In this document: positions 42,356 through 51,160 of the stretch, in pieces
Layout of the letters: each line of letters begins with the position of its first letter
Numbering within the stretch: position 1 is the first letter of the stretch
Source: a virus
Strand: one strand, 5' to 3'
IMG/VR virus record: IMGVR_UViG_3300045988_135919
Coordinates: 1 to 56,024 of that record
Length of the DNA: 56,024 bases
Translations under genes and position numbers: made by a program
Notes under the pieces: generated by a model
The model's database searches: none
What the model saw: only the letters and a program-made list of their open reading frames with translations
Told to the model about the DNA's origin: nothing

Positions 42356-42384
42356 ATTATATCATAAACTCTAACTTTTTACAA
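42356..42384 (-). promoter_or_regulatory. Promoter for terS (TTGTAA-17-TGaTATAAT)
   Basis: -35 at 42379-84, -10 at 42356-61. Confidence 0.55.
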
Positions 42385-42453
42385 TATTTTAAAAAATGTT
42401 CGTGTTTATGGTTAACAATCATAAAATAAAATTGCAAAATAAAATAAAAAATT

Positions 42454-42536
42454 AGCTAGTATACAAAAAATTAAGAGCTAGTATACAAAATGAGGAGCTA
42501 GTTAACAAAAAATGGGTAAAATCAGAGCTAGTATAC
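42454..42536 (+). repeat. Iteron array A: AGCTAGTATAC x4 (one variant AGCTAGTTAAC)
   Basis: Copies start at 42454, 42476, 42496 and 42526. Confidence 0.9.
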
Positions 42537-42591
42537 ACTCTAATATACAAAAAAACCCTTGTAAAATAAGGAAAAAACACATTTTGCATAT

Positions 42592-42825
42592 GTATACTAG
42601 CTATTGCATACTATATATATAATAAATAAATTATACAAAATCATAACCTAAAAATCTTTAAAATTTTTTATTTCCTCGTATTATTATCATTTTTCTGGTA
42701 TACAATTATTATTATTTTTATATAAACCCTTATAATATATAGTAAAAAGTGTATACTAGCTATATACTAGCTATATGAAAATGTATACTAAACCGTATAC
42801 TAGCTATTAAAAATGTATACTAGCT
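42592..42825 (-). repeat. Iteron array B: the same 11-mer inverted (GTATACTAGCT) x5 plus a partial copy
   Basis: Copies at 42592, 42751, 42762 (first base differs), 42795 and 42815. Partial copy at 42783. Confidence 0.9.
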
Positions 42826-42842
42826 ATGCTATTTTATTAACA

Positions 42843-42884
42843 AATATGACTATATTTTAAAAAAATATGACTATATTTTAAAAA
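42843..42884. repeat. Tandem 21-mer AATATGACTATATTTTAAAAA x2 (+ partial third)
   Basis: Read directly. Confidence 0.9.
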
Positions 42885-43064
42885 AATATTGAATATTGCC
42901 TTGTAGCCAACAAATATTTTTTAAGTAAGATACTAACAAAATGCTAACAAAAAAATTAAGAAATAAAAAATAAAAATTTTAATAAAAAAATTATAAAAAT
43001 GGTAAAAATTTATAAAAAAATACAAAAAATTTTATATATTTTTAATAAAAATATAAAAAAATGC

Positions 43065-43093
43065 TTGACATTTTTAGTCTTATAGTGTATTAT
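43065..43093 (+). promoter_or_regulatory. Early promoter (TTGACA-17-TATTAT) preceded by ~130 nt of phased A-tracts
   Basis: -35 at 43065-70, -10 at 43088-93. Shares CTTATAGTGTATTATATTA with the promoter at 53036. Confidence 0.7.
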
Positions 43094-43201
43094 ATTAGTC
43101 AAGAAAGGAAGAAAATGTATACAAAATTGTATTAAAATTATATCAATTTTGGTTGATTGGTGTTAAAAACACGAACATTTTAGAAAGGAAAGTGAATAGA
43201 T

Positions 43202-43417
43202 ATGAGAACGAAAATTAAGCATACACTTTTAAAAAGAAGTAAAAAATATAATTATAAAGTATATGAAGAACAACGATACGATAATATGAGTGGTTATGAA
43301 TATTCTTATTTGATTGAGGAATATGACACTGGGTATGTTATCATGTCGGGGTTGATTAATTGGCATCAAGTTGAAGAAATATTGGAAAAATTAAAAAAAT
43401 TAAAGGAGAGTGAGTGA
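43202..43417 (+). CDS. Hypothetical early protein
   Basis: 71 aa. First ORF of the long co-oriented early block. Confidence 0.55.
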   Translation: MRTKIKHTLLKRSKKYNYKVYEEQRYDNMSGYEYSYLIEEYDTGYVIMSGLINWHQVEEILEKLKKLKESE

Positions 43418-43418
43418 A

Positions 43419-43703
43419 ATGATATATCACAATGATAGAATTGAAGAAAAAGAAGATTATGTTATAGGTAGTATAGTAGATTTAAAAGAGTATTTTAGAT
43501 ACCAAATAGCAAGTTTATGTATGACAGGTGCCGAATGTAATTATGAAGAATTTAGAGATAATATAAACAACATAATTGAATTATTAGACAACTTGTATGA
43601 AGATACAATGAATAATATTTTAAGTGATTTAGATGTAGTAAGGGTTAGCAAACACCCTATGGGAAACTTTATGATAGAAAGTGAGTGGAAAGATAATGAA
43701 TAA
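43419..43703 (+). CDS. Hypothetical early protein
   Basis: 94 aa from ATG 43419 (AGGAG upstream). The track GTG at 43410 is an alternative start. Confidence 0.5.
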   Translation: MIYHNDRIEEKEDYVIGSIVDLKEYFRYQIASLCMTGAECNYEEFRDNINNIIELLDNLYEDTMNNILSDLDVVRVSKHPMGNFMIESEWKDNE

Positions 43704-43995
43704 AGAATTATTAAAAGATTTTGAAAAGGTTGTTAGTGATAATAAGTATAGTATGTTTCATTTAATGATTTATTATTGTTTAAAATGTAATGATGAGTTT
43801 GAGAATTTGAGTGATGATGAAGTTATATGTTTAATATCGTTTATATATGATGCTTATATGGAAGATGATAATCATATTGACTTATCTTATATTTGTGATA
43901 GAGCAATATTACATAAAGAAGATATTATGAAAAATGATTATAATGTATTTAATAAGTATAACTTATTAGATGAGTGTTATGATAATGTATTTTAA
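43696..43995 (+). CDS. Hypothetical early protein
   Basis: 99 aa from ATG 43696. The track start at 43681 is GTG. Confidence 0.5.
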   Translation: MNKELLKDFEKVVSDNKYSMFHLMIYYCLKCNDEFENLSDDEVICLISFIYDAYMEDDNHIDLSYICDRAILHKEDIMKNDYNVFNKYNLLDECYDNVF

Positions 43996-44017
43996 AAGAA
44001 AGAGAGGAAGATTAATT

Positions 44018-44155
44018 ATGATTAATGTATTATATCAAGAAATAAATTATGGGGATATGGTTGAGCTATTTTATGATACAAATAAGAAAAATTATATCTT
44101 AATTATAAATAATAAAAAACAAATATTAGATAGTAACGGAGAGGATGTTCGATAA
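44018..44155 (+). CDS. Hypothetical small protein
   Basis: 45 aa from ATG 44018 (GAGAGGAAG RBS). The track ORF starts earlier, inside the upstream gene. Confidence 0.4.
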   Translation: MINVLYQEINYGDMVELFYDTNKKNYILIINNKKQILDSNGEDVR

Positions 44156-44421
44156 TGAGTAATAGAAACATAGATATATTTATAAAAATATGTAATGAAA
44201 AAGGACTAGCATATGGGTTTAAAATAATTATTAATTCAAATGTTATAACAGATATGAATTTATATAAAAAATTTTATAATATATATTTTCAACTTAATAC
44301 AAAACGTAAAAAACATGATAACTTTTTAGACGAGTTGAAAGATTGCTTAGATGATATTGGTCTTACGTTTATTGGAGAAGATCCTATGTCAATAAGTATA
44401 AAGAAAGTGAGTGAGGAATAA
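44155..44421 (+). CDS. Hypothetical early protein
   Basis: 88 aa. TAATG junctions on both sides. Confidence 0.5.
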   Translation: MSNRNIDIFIKICNEKGLAYGFKIIINSNVITDMNLYKKFYNIYFQLNTKRKKHDNFLDELKDCLDDIGLTFIGEDPMSISIKKVSEE

Positions 44422-44627
44422 TGATTGATATTAAAGAGTGTATTTGTGATTTTTTAAATAATACCGAAAGTGAGGAATATTGTAGGTTAAGTGATGAAGA
44501 TATTGATACAATAGCTGATAGTATAGCAAGCGATGTGTTAAATGATAATGAGTTCAATAGCGTACTTAATAACACTATTGAGTGGTATGCAAATAAATAC
44601 ATTAATAATGTATGGGGTGATAAATAA
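44421..44627 (+). CDS. Hypothetical acidic protein
   Basis: 68 aa. Preceded by the conserved 21-mer GAAAGTGAGTGAGGAATAATG. Confidence 0.5.
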   Translation: MIDIKECICDFLNNTESEEYCRLSDEDIDTIADSIASDVLNDNEFNSVLNNTIEWYANKYINNVWGDK

Positions 44628-44932
44628 TGGATAATTATATTATATTAAAATGGGGTAGTTTAAAAGCTTATGAATTTAGTAATGAGTTTATAAGTAAAAA
44701 TGAAAGTCTTGTAAAAGAATTTGAAAATATATGGGATGATATATATAATACACGTTGTAGTGCAACGGCTGGTAGTGAATATTTACATCAAAATAAAGAA
44801 TTAAAAGTAAAATTAGTGGGTATTCTTGAAAAGTTTTATGACTTAGGAGTTCCATTTCAAAATGGTTACACAGATGAATATTATAATAATTTTCAAGATA
44901 TAAAAGATTATATATTAAATTATGGTGAGTAA
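44627..44932 (+). CDS. Hypothetical early protein
   Basis: 101 aa. Confidence 0.5.
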   Translation: MDNYIILKWGSLKAYEFSNEFISKNESLVKEFENIWDDIYNTRCSATAGSEYLHQNKELKVKLVGILEKFYDLGVPFQNGYTDEYYNNFQDIKDYILNYGE

Positions 44933-44951
44933 AGAAAGTGAGTGAGGAATA

Positions 44952-45269
44952 ATGAAAAAAACAATTAGAATTTATAATGATAATATTATTATTAAAAAAG
45001 ATGTCGCAGAAAAGATTAAAGAGTATGAACTTTTAAAACAAGAAGTAGAGCCTTTAATTAAAATGTTAAAGGATAACGCAAAAGAAGAAATGTTAGAGCT
45101 TGGTAAAGATAAGATAGTATCGAATGGTATTGCGTTAAGTTTAAAAGCACCTTACAAAAAAACTTCAATCGATACAAATGCGTTAAAGAGTGATTACCCT
45201 AAAATATATGAAAAATATAAGAAGATCACATCTGTGGACACATCGATTGTGCTTTCGGTGGGAGAATAA
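44952..45269 (+). CDS. Hypothetical early protein
   Basis: 105 aa. Preceded by a second copy of the 21-mer junction. Its 3' end carries bipartite motif copy D. Confidence 0.5.
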   Translation: MKKTIRIYNDNIIIKKDVAEKIKEYELLKQEVEPLIKMLKDNAKEEMLELGKDKIVSNGIALSLKAPYKKTSIDTNALKSDYPKIYEKYKKITSVDTSIVLSVGE

Positions 45270-45289
45270 TTAATTAGATGTTTATAACT
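45253..45289 (+). promoter_or_regulatory. Bipartite motif copy D: TTTCGGTG-N21-TTATAACT
   Basis: Read directly. Followed by TGaTATAAT at 45309-45317, upstream of the helicase gene. Confidence 0.6.
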
Positions 45290-45336
45290 TGATTATAATT
45301 TTCAATATTGATATAATAAAAAAAAGGAATGATATT

Positions 45337-46767
45337 ATGGAGATACAAATAAGCAATGTTATTAGAATTAAAAATCCTAGTGATAAAATTTTAGAACATT
45401 TTAAAAAGAAATTGACATATACTAACCCAGCATATAGCCGTCTTAAAAATATGGGTTATAGTGTTTATAAAGTACCAAAAGAATTAAAATTATATAACAT
45501 ATGGGAAGATAGCTTATATATACCTGTTGGTTGTTTTGAGGACTTGTATAGTTTACATCCTGTTACTACTGATTATATTGATTATTGTATAAATAAACCC
45601 ATTAATATTGAGAGTAATATTAAATTAAGAGATTATCAACAACCTTGTGTTGATGCTGTAAGAGATTATTGTAATGTAATTCTTTCCATGGGCTGTGGTA
45701 TGGGTAAGACGCTTTCTTGCTTGGGTGCAATTGGTGAAATAAAGCAACGTACATTATGGTTAGCTGGTACAATAGACTTAGTAAAACAGGCTGAAAGTAG
45801 TTGTAAGAAATTTATGAAGTGTAAAACAAGTTTTATAACCGAGGGTAAGATGAATTTAGAGGGAGATATTGTGTTTGCTACAGTACAATCAGTTTATAAA
45901 TTTATTCAAAATGGAGAACTAAAACAAGATGAGTTTGGTTGTATTGTACTAGATGAGTGTCAACATTTATCAGCTAACCCTAAGTCACTTCAAATATTTA
46001 GAACTGTGTTTGAGTATTTTCCGGCAAAATATCGTGTAGGTTTATCGGCAACTGTATGGAGAACAGACGGATTAGAAAAAGCCATTGTTGATATTATTGG
46101 TTCGATTAAATATAATATAGTTCAAAAAGGACAAGAATATTCTTGTATGTATGATAACAAATGTTTAATGAAATTTCCTATAGATAAATTCCAAGTACCA
46201 TGCCATATTAAAGTTATTGAAACAGGGTATGATTTAGAAGATAAAGCGGTGTTTATGGCAAATGGTGGTACAATAAATTTTGCAGCACTTGTCAGTGATA
46301 TTGCAAATAATAACAAACGAAATAAAATGATATTGAAAGATTTAAAGAAAATGAACGGTAGTACGATAGTACTTAGTGATAGAATTGGTCAATTAGAATA
46401 TTTCCGTGATAATTTAAATGATGCGGTACTTATAACTGGAGATACCCCTAAAAAACTAAGAGAACAAGGTTTAAATGAAGTTAGAGAAGGTAAGAAAAAA
46501 TATTTATTAGCGAGTTATGCGTTAGCCCGTGAGGGGCTTGACGCACCCATACTATCAAATTTAGTTTTAGCTACCCCTATTAAAGCTTTCTCTAGTGTTG
46601 TACAATCAATTGGTCGTATTCAACGTCCATACGATGGAAAATCAATCGCATATGTTTATGACTATGTTGATAACGTAGGTATGCTATTTAACTTTTATAG
46701 TAAACGCAGAGCAATTTATCGTAAGAATGGTTGGGTTATTGATAATATGTACTTAGGTAGTAAATAA
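45337..46767 (+). CDS. Superfamily-2 DEAD/DEAH-type helicase
   Basis: Motif I GCGMGKT, motif II LDECQH, motif III SAT, motif VI QSIGRIQR. ATG 45337 follows an AAGGAA RBS. Confidence 0.8.
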   Translation: MEIQISNVIRIKNPSDKILEHFKKKLTYTNPAYSRLKNMGYSVYKVPKELKLYNIWEDSLYIPVGCFEDLYSLHPVTTDYIDYCINKPINIESNIKLRDYQQPCVDAVRDYCNVILSMGCGMGKTLSCLGAIGEIKQRTLWLAGTIDLVKQAESSCKKFMKCKTSFITEGKMNLEGDIVFATVQSVYKFIQNGELKQDEFGCIVLDECQHLSANPKSLQIFRTVFEYFPAKYRVGLSATVWRTDGLEKAIVDIIGSIKYNIVQKGQEYSCMYDNKCLMKFPIDKFQVPCHIKVIETGYDLEDKAVFMANGGTINFAALVSDIANNNKRNKMILKDLKKMNGSTIVLSDRIGQLEYFRDNLNDAVLITGDTPKKLREQGLNEVREGKKKYLLASYALAREGLDAPILSNLVLATPIKAFSSVVQSIGRIQRPYDGKSIAYVYDYVDNVGMLFNFYSKRRAIYRKNGWVIDNMYLGSK

Positions 46768-46805
46768 TATAAAATTAATATTTAAAATATTAAAGGAGAA
46801 TAAGT

Positions 46806-47021
46806 ATGAGATATTATTATGAATATAAAGAAAAAAATGGTTGTAAAGTCGGCGGACATAATTTAGAAAATATTGATATTTTTGATAATTATATAAGATT
46901 ATTGGGAGTAGATATTATTCCAACATATTTTGATGATGAAGTAAGTCATTGGGGAACACTTTTAGATATGAATGAAATAGAATATTTAAAAATAGAACCA
47001 ATGATAGAAGAGGAGAAGTAA
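46806..47021 (+). CDS. Hypothetical protein
   Basis: 71 aa. AAGGAGAA RBS. Confidence 0.5.
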   Translation: MRYYYEYKEKNGCKVGGHNLENIDIFDNYIRLLGVDIIPTYFDDEVSHWGTLLDMNEIEYLKIEPMIEEEK

Positions 47022-47026
47022 GAATA

Positions 47027-47311
47027 ATGGATAAAGAAGAAATTAAATACTATTTGAAAATGGTTGATGAGTTAGGGGCTAAACTAACGGAAGAAGATAA
47101 AGAAACTTATGCTTGGTTAATTTATGGCTATAATCAATGTGCCAAATTGTTAAATGAAACAGAACAGCAATGTAAAAAACAAAAAGAAGTTATTGATAAA
47201 TTAGAAAAATATATAGAAAAACAAACTAGACTGTATGGATTATCTATGCCAATAGAATTAGGAACTCATTTAGACAATATAATGGGTATGTTAAAAGAGG
47301 TGTCAGAATGA
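47027..47311 (+). CDS. Hypothetical coiled-coil protein (paralog 1)
   Basis: 94 aa. Shares QQCKKQKEVIDK and C-terminal LKEVSE with 47308-47592. Confidence 0.55.
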   Translation: MDKEEIKYYLKMVDELGAKLTEEDKETYAWLIYGYNQCAKLLNETEQQCKKQKEVIDKLEKYIEKQTRLYGLSMPIELGTHLDNIMGMLKEVSE

Positions 47312-47592
47312 ATGAAGAAAAAAATTTCTTTAAAACTTGTTTTAATATAGTAGCAGGACTAGAAGTAAAAAATGAAAGTCAAGCAATAGCAAAAGAAGTT
47401 GTTTTAAGTGAAATTGAAAATTTACAGCAACAATGTAAAAAACAAAAAGAAGCCATTGATAGAATACTCAATGAAACAAAAGAAACAAGAAATATATTGG
47501 ATAATAATCGAGATGACAATATATTATCAAAAAGTTGTTTATTATCTTATTTAGAAATTGTTGAAGATTTATTAAAAGAGGTGTCAAAATGA
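47308..47592 (+). CDS. Hypothetical coiled-coil protein (paralog 2)
   Basis: 94 aa. QQCKKQKEAIDR and LKEVSK. Confidence 0.55.
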   Translation: MNEEKNFFKTCFNIVAGLEVKNESQAIAKEVVLSEIENLQQQCKKQKEAIDRILNETKETRNILDNNRDDNILSKSCLLSYLEIVEDLLKEVSK

Positions 47593-47939
47593 ATTTAGAA
47601 GCAATAAATAAATGGTTAGATGAAGAATATGGCTGTTCTTTTACTAAATTGGAAGAACTACACAATTTTTATTTTGAAAAGTATTGCGATTTACAACAAG
47701 AAAACAAGAAATTAAATGGTACTATACAAACTTACGATATACTTTTAAAAGCAAACGTTGAAGAAAACAAACATTTAGATGAAGTCAATTGTAAATTAAG
47801 AAAAACAAATGAACAACTAAAAGATAATTGGATCAAGTTAAAAAAATGGTTAAATAATTTTCATAAATTAAGTGAATTTGAACAATGGGAAATAGTAAAT
47901 AAAATACAAGAACTAGAGAAAGGTAATAATCATGAATGA
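47589..47939 (+). CDS. Hypothetical coiled-coil protein
   Basis: 116 aa. Confidence 0.5.
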   Translation: MNLEAINKWLDEEYGCSFTKLEELHNFYFEKYCDLQQENKKLNGTIQTYDILLKANVEENKHLDEVNCKLRKTNEQLKDNWIKLKKWLNNFHKLSEFEQWEIVNKIQELEKGNNHE

Positions 47940-48099
47940 TAAAGCAATTAAAATATTTGATTTAGCAAAAGAAATGGTAGATATATTATCTTCTATGAAT
48001 AAAGATGAATTAAAATATTTAAAATTAGAATATGATATTGTATTTAAACGTGTTGAATTAATAGCTTTAAAAAAGAAATTACAAGGAAGTGATGAGTAA
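47932..48099 (+). CDS. Hypothetical 55-aa protein filling the 47940-48099 gap
   Basis: ATG overlaps the upstream stop. Ends 1 nt before ATG 48100. Below the track cutoff. Confidence 0.45.
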   Translation: MNDKAIKIFDLAKEMVDILSSMNKDELKYLKLEYDIVFKRVELIALKKKLQGSDE

Positions 48100-48720
48100 A
48101 TGAAAAATAGAGAATGTGTAAGTTGCATAAAAAGAAAAACACCATATTGTCCAACATCAATGGAATGTATGGCTACTGAGGATATGCCATATTATCAAAA
48201 TAGAATGATGTTGTTAAAAGAAAATCAAGAATTAAAAGAAAAATTAGATAAATATGAAAATCCCGAAGATATGACTTTAATGATGATGTGGTGTACTGAA
48301 AAGGTTAAGGATGAAAATGAAAAGTTAAAGAAACAACTTGAAGAATTAGAGCGTGGTAAATGGGTAAAGGATTCACGCAAACAAATAGAAAATAAACTTA
48401 TAGAGGGCATTGATAATACTGAAATATTAGGTAATATATTAAATTATTTGGATAGTCTGTATCTTTCAATTGATAATCAACTATATAAAATTAAAGAATA
48501 TAAAACTCAACAAAAAGAGTTTATAAAGTATTTAGAAGATGGAATAAAGCAATATACTCCAAGTTTAAGATGGAAACATTATAACGAAGATGGTTTTAAT
48601 GATTATGATGTAGAAAATCCTAGCTGTATTAAAGTACAACCAACCGATAAAATTTTTAAAGAAATTTTACAAAAATACAAAAGTATAATAGGAGTATCAG
48701 ATGAAAATAATATCAAATAA
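48100..48720 (+). CDS. Hypothetical protein with N-terminal Cys cluster and coiled coil
   Basis: 206 aa. CVSCIKRKTPYCPTSMEC. Confidence 0.55.
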   Translation: MKNRECVSCIKRKTPYCPTSMECMATEDMPYYQNRMMLLKENQELKEKLDKYENPEDMTLMMMWCTEKVKDENEKLKKQLEELERGKWVKDSRKQIENKLIEGIDNTEILGNILNYLDSLYLSIDNQLYKIKEYKTQQKEFIKYLEDGIKQYTPSLRWKHYNEDGFNDYDVENPSCIKVQPTDKIFKEILQKYKSIIGVSDENNIK

Positions 48721-48916
48721 AAGATATAGGGAATTACTTGATTGCGAAAATAAATATCGTTTACTTACTGGGCAAACCGTTACATTTTGTACAGGAGAAA
48801 GAAGTAAATATAAAGCACTATTAAGTATGGAAAAAGAAGAAATAGTATATAGATATTTTAATTTATATAATGCTTATATACAATTATCAAAAAAACTAAT
48901 AGGAGATAATAAATAA
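48701..48916 (+). CDS. Hypothetical protein
   Basis: 71 aa. Confidence 0.45.
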   Translation: MKIISNKRYRELLDCENKYRLLTGQTVTFCTGERSKYKALLSMEKEEIVYRYFNLYNAYIQLSKKLIGDNK

Positions 48917-49119
48917 TGAAAATAATTAAAAGTGGCACTAAAACGCCACCCGACAAACAAGTTTATGTAATTAAATGCCGAATTTGTGGGTGTGTATTTA
49001 CTTATAAAGAAGAAGAAATGCGTTATATAACGTCGGATTGTATTGGTGTATTTTGCCCCGAATGTAAATACTCAAATGTTCCGTTTATAAGAAGAAAATA
49101 CAAAGGAGATGATAAATAA
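48916..49119 (+). CDS. Small zinc-ribbon protein
   Basis: 67 aa. CRICGC...CPECK. Confidence 0.5.
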   Translation: MKIIKSGTKTPPDKQVYVIKCRICGCVFTYKEEEMRYITSDCIGVFCPECKYSNVPFIRRKYKGDDK

Positions 49120-49442
49120 TGGGAACAAACTACTATGCTGTGAAGAAAAAACCTACAATAAGAGAACCTTTGCATATTGGTAAATCAAGTGCAGGTTGGA
49201 AATTTCTATTCCAAGAAGTAAATAAATATAATTCATTTGATTGGGATTTAGAGATACATACTTTTGAGCAATGGAAAGAATTTTTAGAAAATAATAATGA
49301 AATTGTAATTTTAAATGAATATGACGAAGAGGTATCGGTAAAAGACTTTTTAGATTTAGTCGATAAAAAGCAAAAAGAAAAACACGATGAATACTCTAAA
49401 AATGTAAATGGTTATAGATTTACTGATAAAAATTTTAGTTAG
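49119..49442 (+). CDS. Hypothetical protein
   Basis: 107 aa. Confidence 0.5.
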   Translation: MGTNYYAVKKKPTIREPLHIGKSSAGWKFLFQEVNKYNSFDWDLEIHTFEQWKEFLENNNEIVILNEYDEEVSVKDFLDLVDKKQKEKHDEYSKNVNGYRFTDKNFS

Positions 49443-49452
49443 GGGGTAAAAC

Positions 49453-49683
49453 ATGAAATATTTAATAGTAGATAAAGAAAAAGTTGGGTTTCCTTTTATA
49501 ATACATTTTTACAAAAAATATCATGAGATAGGAGATATAGAAGTATACAGGACAGGTAAAGTTTATTTTAAAGATTTTCCTATTCAAAGTGGAATGAGTG
49601 TGAATGATACTTTAAAAGCACTTAAAATAGTAAAAAAAGAATTAAGAAAACAAAAAATTAGAACTTGGTTTAAAAGTTGTTAA
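49453..49683 (+). CDS. Hypothetical protein
   Basis: 76 aa. GGGGG RBS. Confidence 0.5.
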   Translation: MKYLIVDKEKVGFPFIIHFYKKYHEIGDIEVYRTGKVYFKDFPIQSGMSVNDTLKALKIVKKELRKQKIRTWFKSC

Positions 49684-49697
49684 GGAGATGATAAATA

Positions 49698-49946
49698 ATG
49701 GAAGACATACATAGTATTATTCATAGAAAAAAAGAGCGATTAAAAAAACTCAATGATTTTAATTATATAACTACTATGAACGATGTCAAAAGGAATAATG
49801 AAATTTATCGTTTAAAAGGTTATATTGAAGCCCTAAATGATGTTAAAAATAAAAATATATATACGCAAGAAAGGGATATACTTGAAAGAATTTATGAAAA
49901 TGTTGATGAAAATATAAAACATATTATACGAGAATGTTGGAGGTAA
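49698..49946 (+). CDS. Hypothetical protein
   Basis: 82 aa. AAGGAG RBS. Confidence 0.5.
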   Translation: MEDIHSIIHRKKERLKKLNDFNYITTMNDVKRNNEIYRLKGYIEALNDVKNKNIYTQERDILERIYENVDENIKHIIRECWR

Positions 49947-49949
49947 ATA

Positions 49950-50336
49950 ATGAAATTAGAAGATTTAAAAGTAGGACAATATGTTAGATTTAAAGATAAA
50001 AGAGGTATTATATATATTAGAAAAATTGTTGAAATACCAGAAGATAATAGATATGCAAGTTTATATTTAGACAAAGAAGCTAATTACTCACGTGGATTAA
50101 GCCCTAAAAATATTATAAAAGAACCAAGCTTCAATGTTATTGATATTTTGGAAGAGGGAGATATTATATCATTTTATGAAGATATTGATAATTATAAAAA
50201 ACAATATGTAATTGGAATACCTGATTTAATAACATTAGATAACATAAAAGACAAAATAACAAATGATAACATAAGATTAGTAAGTATTTTAACTGAAGAA
50301 GAAATGGAACAAAGGGCTTATAAGGTGGAGGAATAA
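49950..50336 (+). CDS. Hypothetical protein
   Basis: 128 aa. Confidence 0.5.
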   Translation: MKLEDLKVGQYVRFKDKRGIIYIRKIVEIPEDNRYASLYLDKEANYSRGLSPKNIIKEPSFNVIDILEEGDIISFYEDIDNYKKQYVIGIPDLITLDNIKDKITNDNIRLVSILTEEEMEQRAYKVEE

Positions 50337-50338
50337 AA

Positions 50339-50770
50339 ATGAACATAAATAAACAAATAAAATGTCCTCGTATATTAATATACGATGATAAAGATATTAA
50401 TTATAGAGAGGGTTATATGGGCAATCTTGAAATGGTTGTACCAGAGTATATCGAGCGTACACTTATGGGAGATACGGAAACATGTAGGGTTTTAGGCAGA
50501 GATTATACATTTTCTTGTCAAATAAATAATTATGAAGAACATGATACTATTAAATTAGATCCTACAACCATGAAGAGAATAGCTAAGTATAACAAGGAAC
50601 AAGAATGCTTACAATTAGATGAAAAAATAAAAGAAAAAGAAGAAAAGATTAAAGAATTAGATGATATTTTAAACGATAGAGAAAATCGTGTTAAAAAGTT
50701 AAAAGACTATATTAAAAATATATGGAATATAGATTTAAATGAAGAAGATGATGACTATGAGTGGGAATAA
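50339..50770 (+). CDS. Hypothetical protein
   Basis: 143 aa. GGTGGAGGA RBS. Confidence 0.5.
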   Translation: MNINKQIKCPRILIYDDKDINYREGYMGNLEMVVPEYIERTLMGDTETCRVLGRDYTFSCQINNYEEHDTIKLDPTTMKRIAKYNKEQECLQLDEKIKEKEEKIKELDDILNDRENRVKKLKDYIKNIWNIDLNEEDDDYEWE

Positions 50771-51116
50771 TTATGTAGATAAAACTTATCTTGCTCTAGA
50801 ATTAACTAAGTTATTGTGTTCAAATACATCAAATATTACCGATGCAAGAATATACAAAACTTTTACATATTTTCTTCAAAAGTTAACAAACATTGACGAT
50901 TTAGGTATCATAGAAGATTATAAAAATGAGATAGAACATTTAACAAAACAAAACAAATTATTATCCTCCGAAAATCAAAAATTAAAATCATCTTGTAATT
51001 CAAGCTTCAAAACCCGTATTGATTTGATTAAAGAATATGTTAATAACAACGGGGAAAATATGGAGCCTGATGTTAAGAAACAATTGTTAAAGTTGTTGGA
51101 TACTATATTTGATTAA
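50739..51116 (+). CDS. Hypothetical protein (start uncertain: 50739, 50748, 50751 or 50757)
   Basis: 125 aa at the longest. Confidence 0.45.
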   Translation: MKKMMTMSGNNYVDKTYLALELTKLLCSNTSNITDARIYKTFTYFLQKLTNIDDLGIIEDYKNEIEHLTKQNKLLSSENQKLKSSCNSSFKTRIDLIKEYVNNNGENMEPDVKKQLLKLLDTIFD

Positions 51117-51145
51117 GTTCGTAAATAACGAACTTTTATTTTGTC
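51115..51145 (+). terminator. Rho-independent terminator
   Basis: AAGTTCG-taaataa-CGAACTT followed by TTATTTTG. Confidence 0.65.
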
Positions 51146-51160
51146 TTTTCATAAAGTATG

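Noticed and set aside
42454-42884. Repeat field considered as a CRISPR array
   Set aside because: The repeats are only 11 nt long and occur in both orientations. Spacers are irregular at 0-150 nt, and no cas genes or leader are present. Iterons or operators fit better.
46776-46794. 19-bp A/T palindrome TTAATATTTAAAATATTAA after the helicase gene considered as a regulatory site
   Set aside because: Short all-A/T palindromes are frequent in this composition. It has no associated T-run or repeat partner, so it is noted but not called.
35588-51140. Numerous ACGAAC / GTTCGT half-sites (e.g. 35588, 41209-41262, 41414-41460, 42393-42406, 43167-43180, 51115-51135) considered as additional LexA boxes
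   Set aside because: A 6-mer of this composition is expected about 15 times by chance in 56 kb. Several copies are simply terminator stems. Only 40138-40151 has the full CGAAC-N4-GTTCG geometry.
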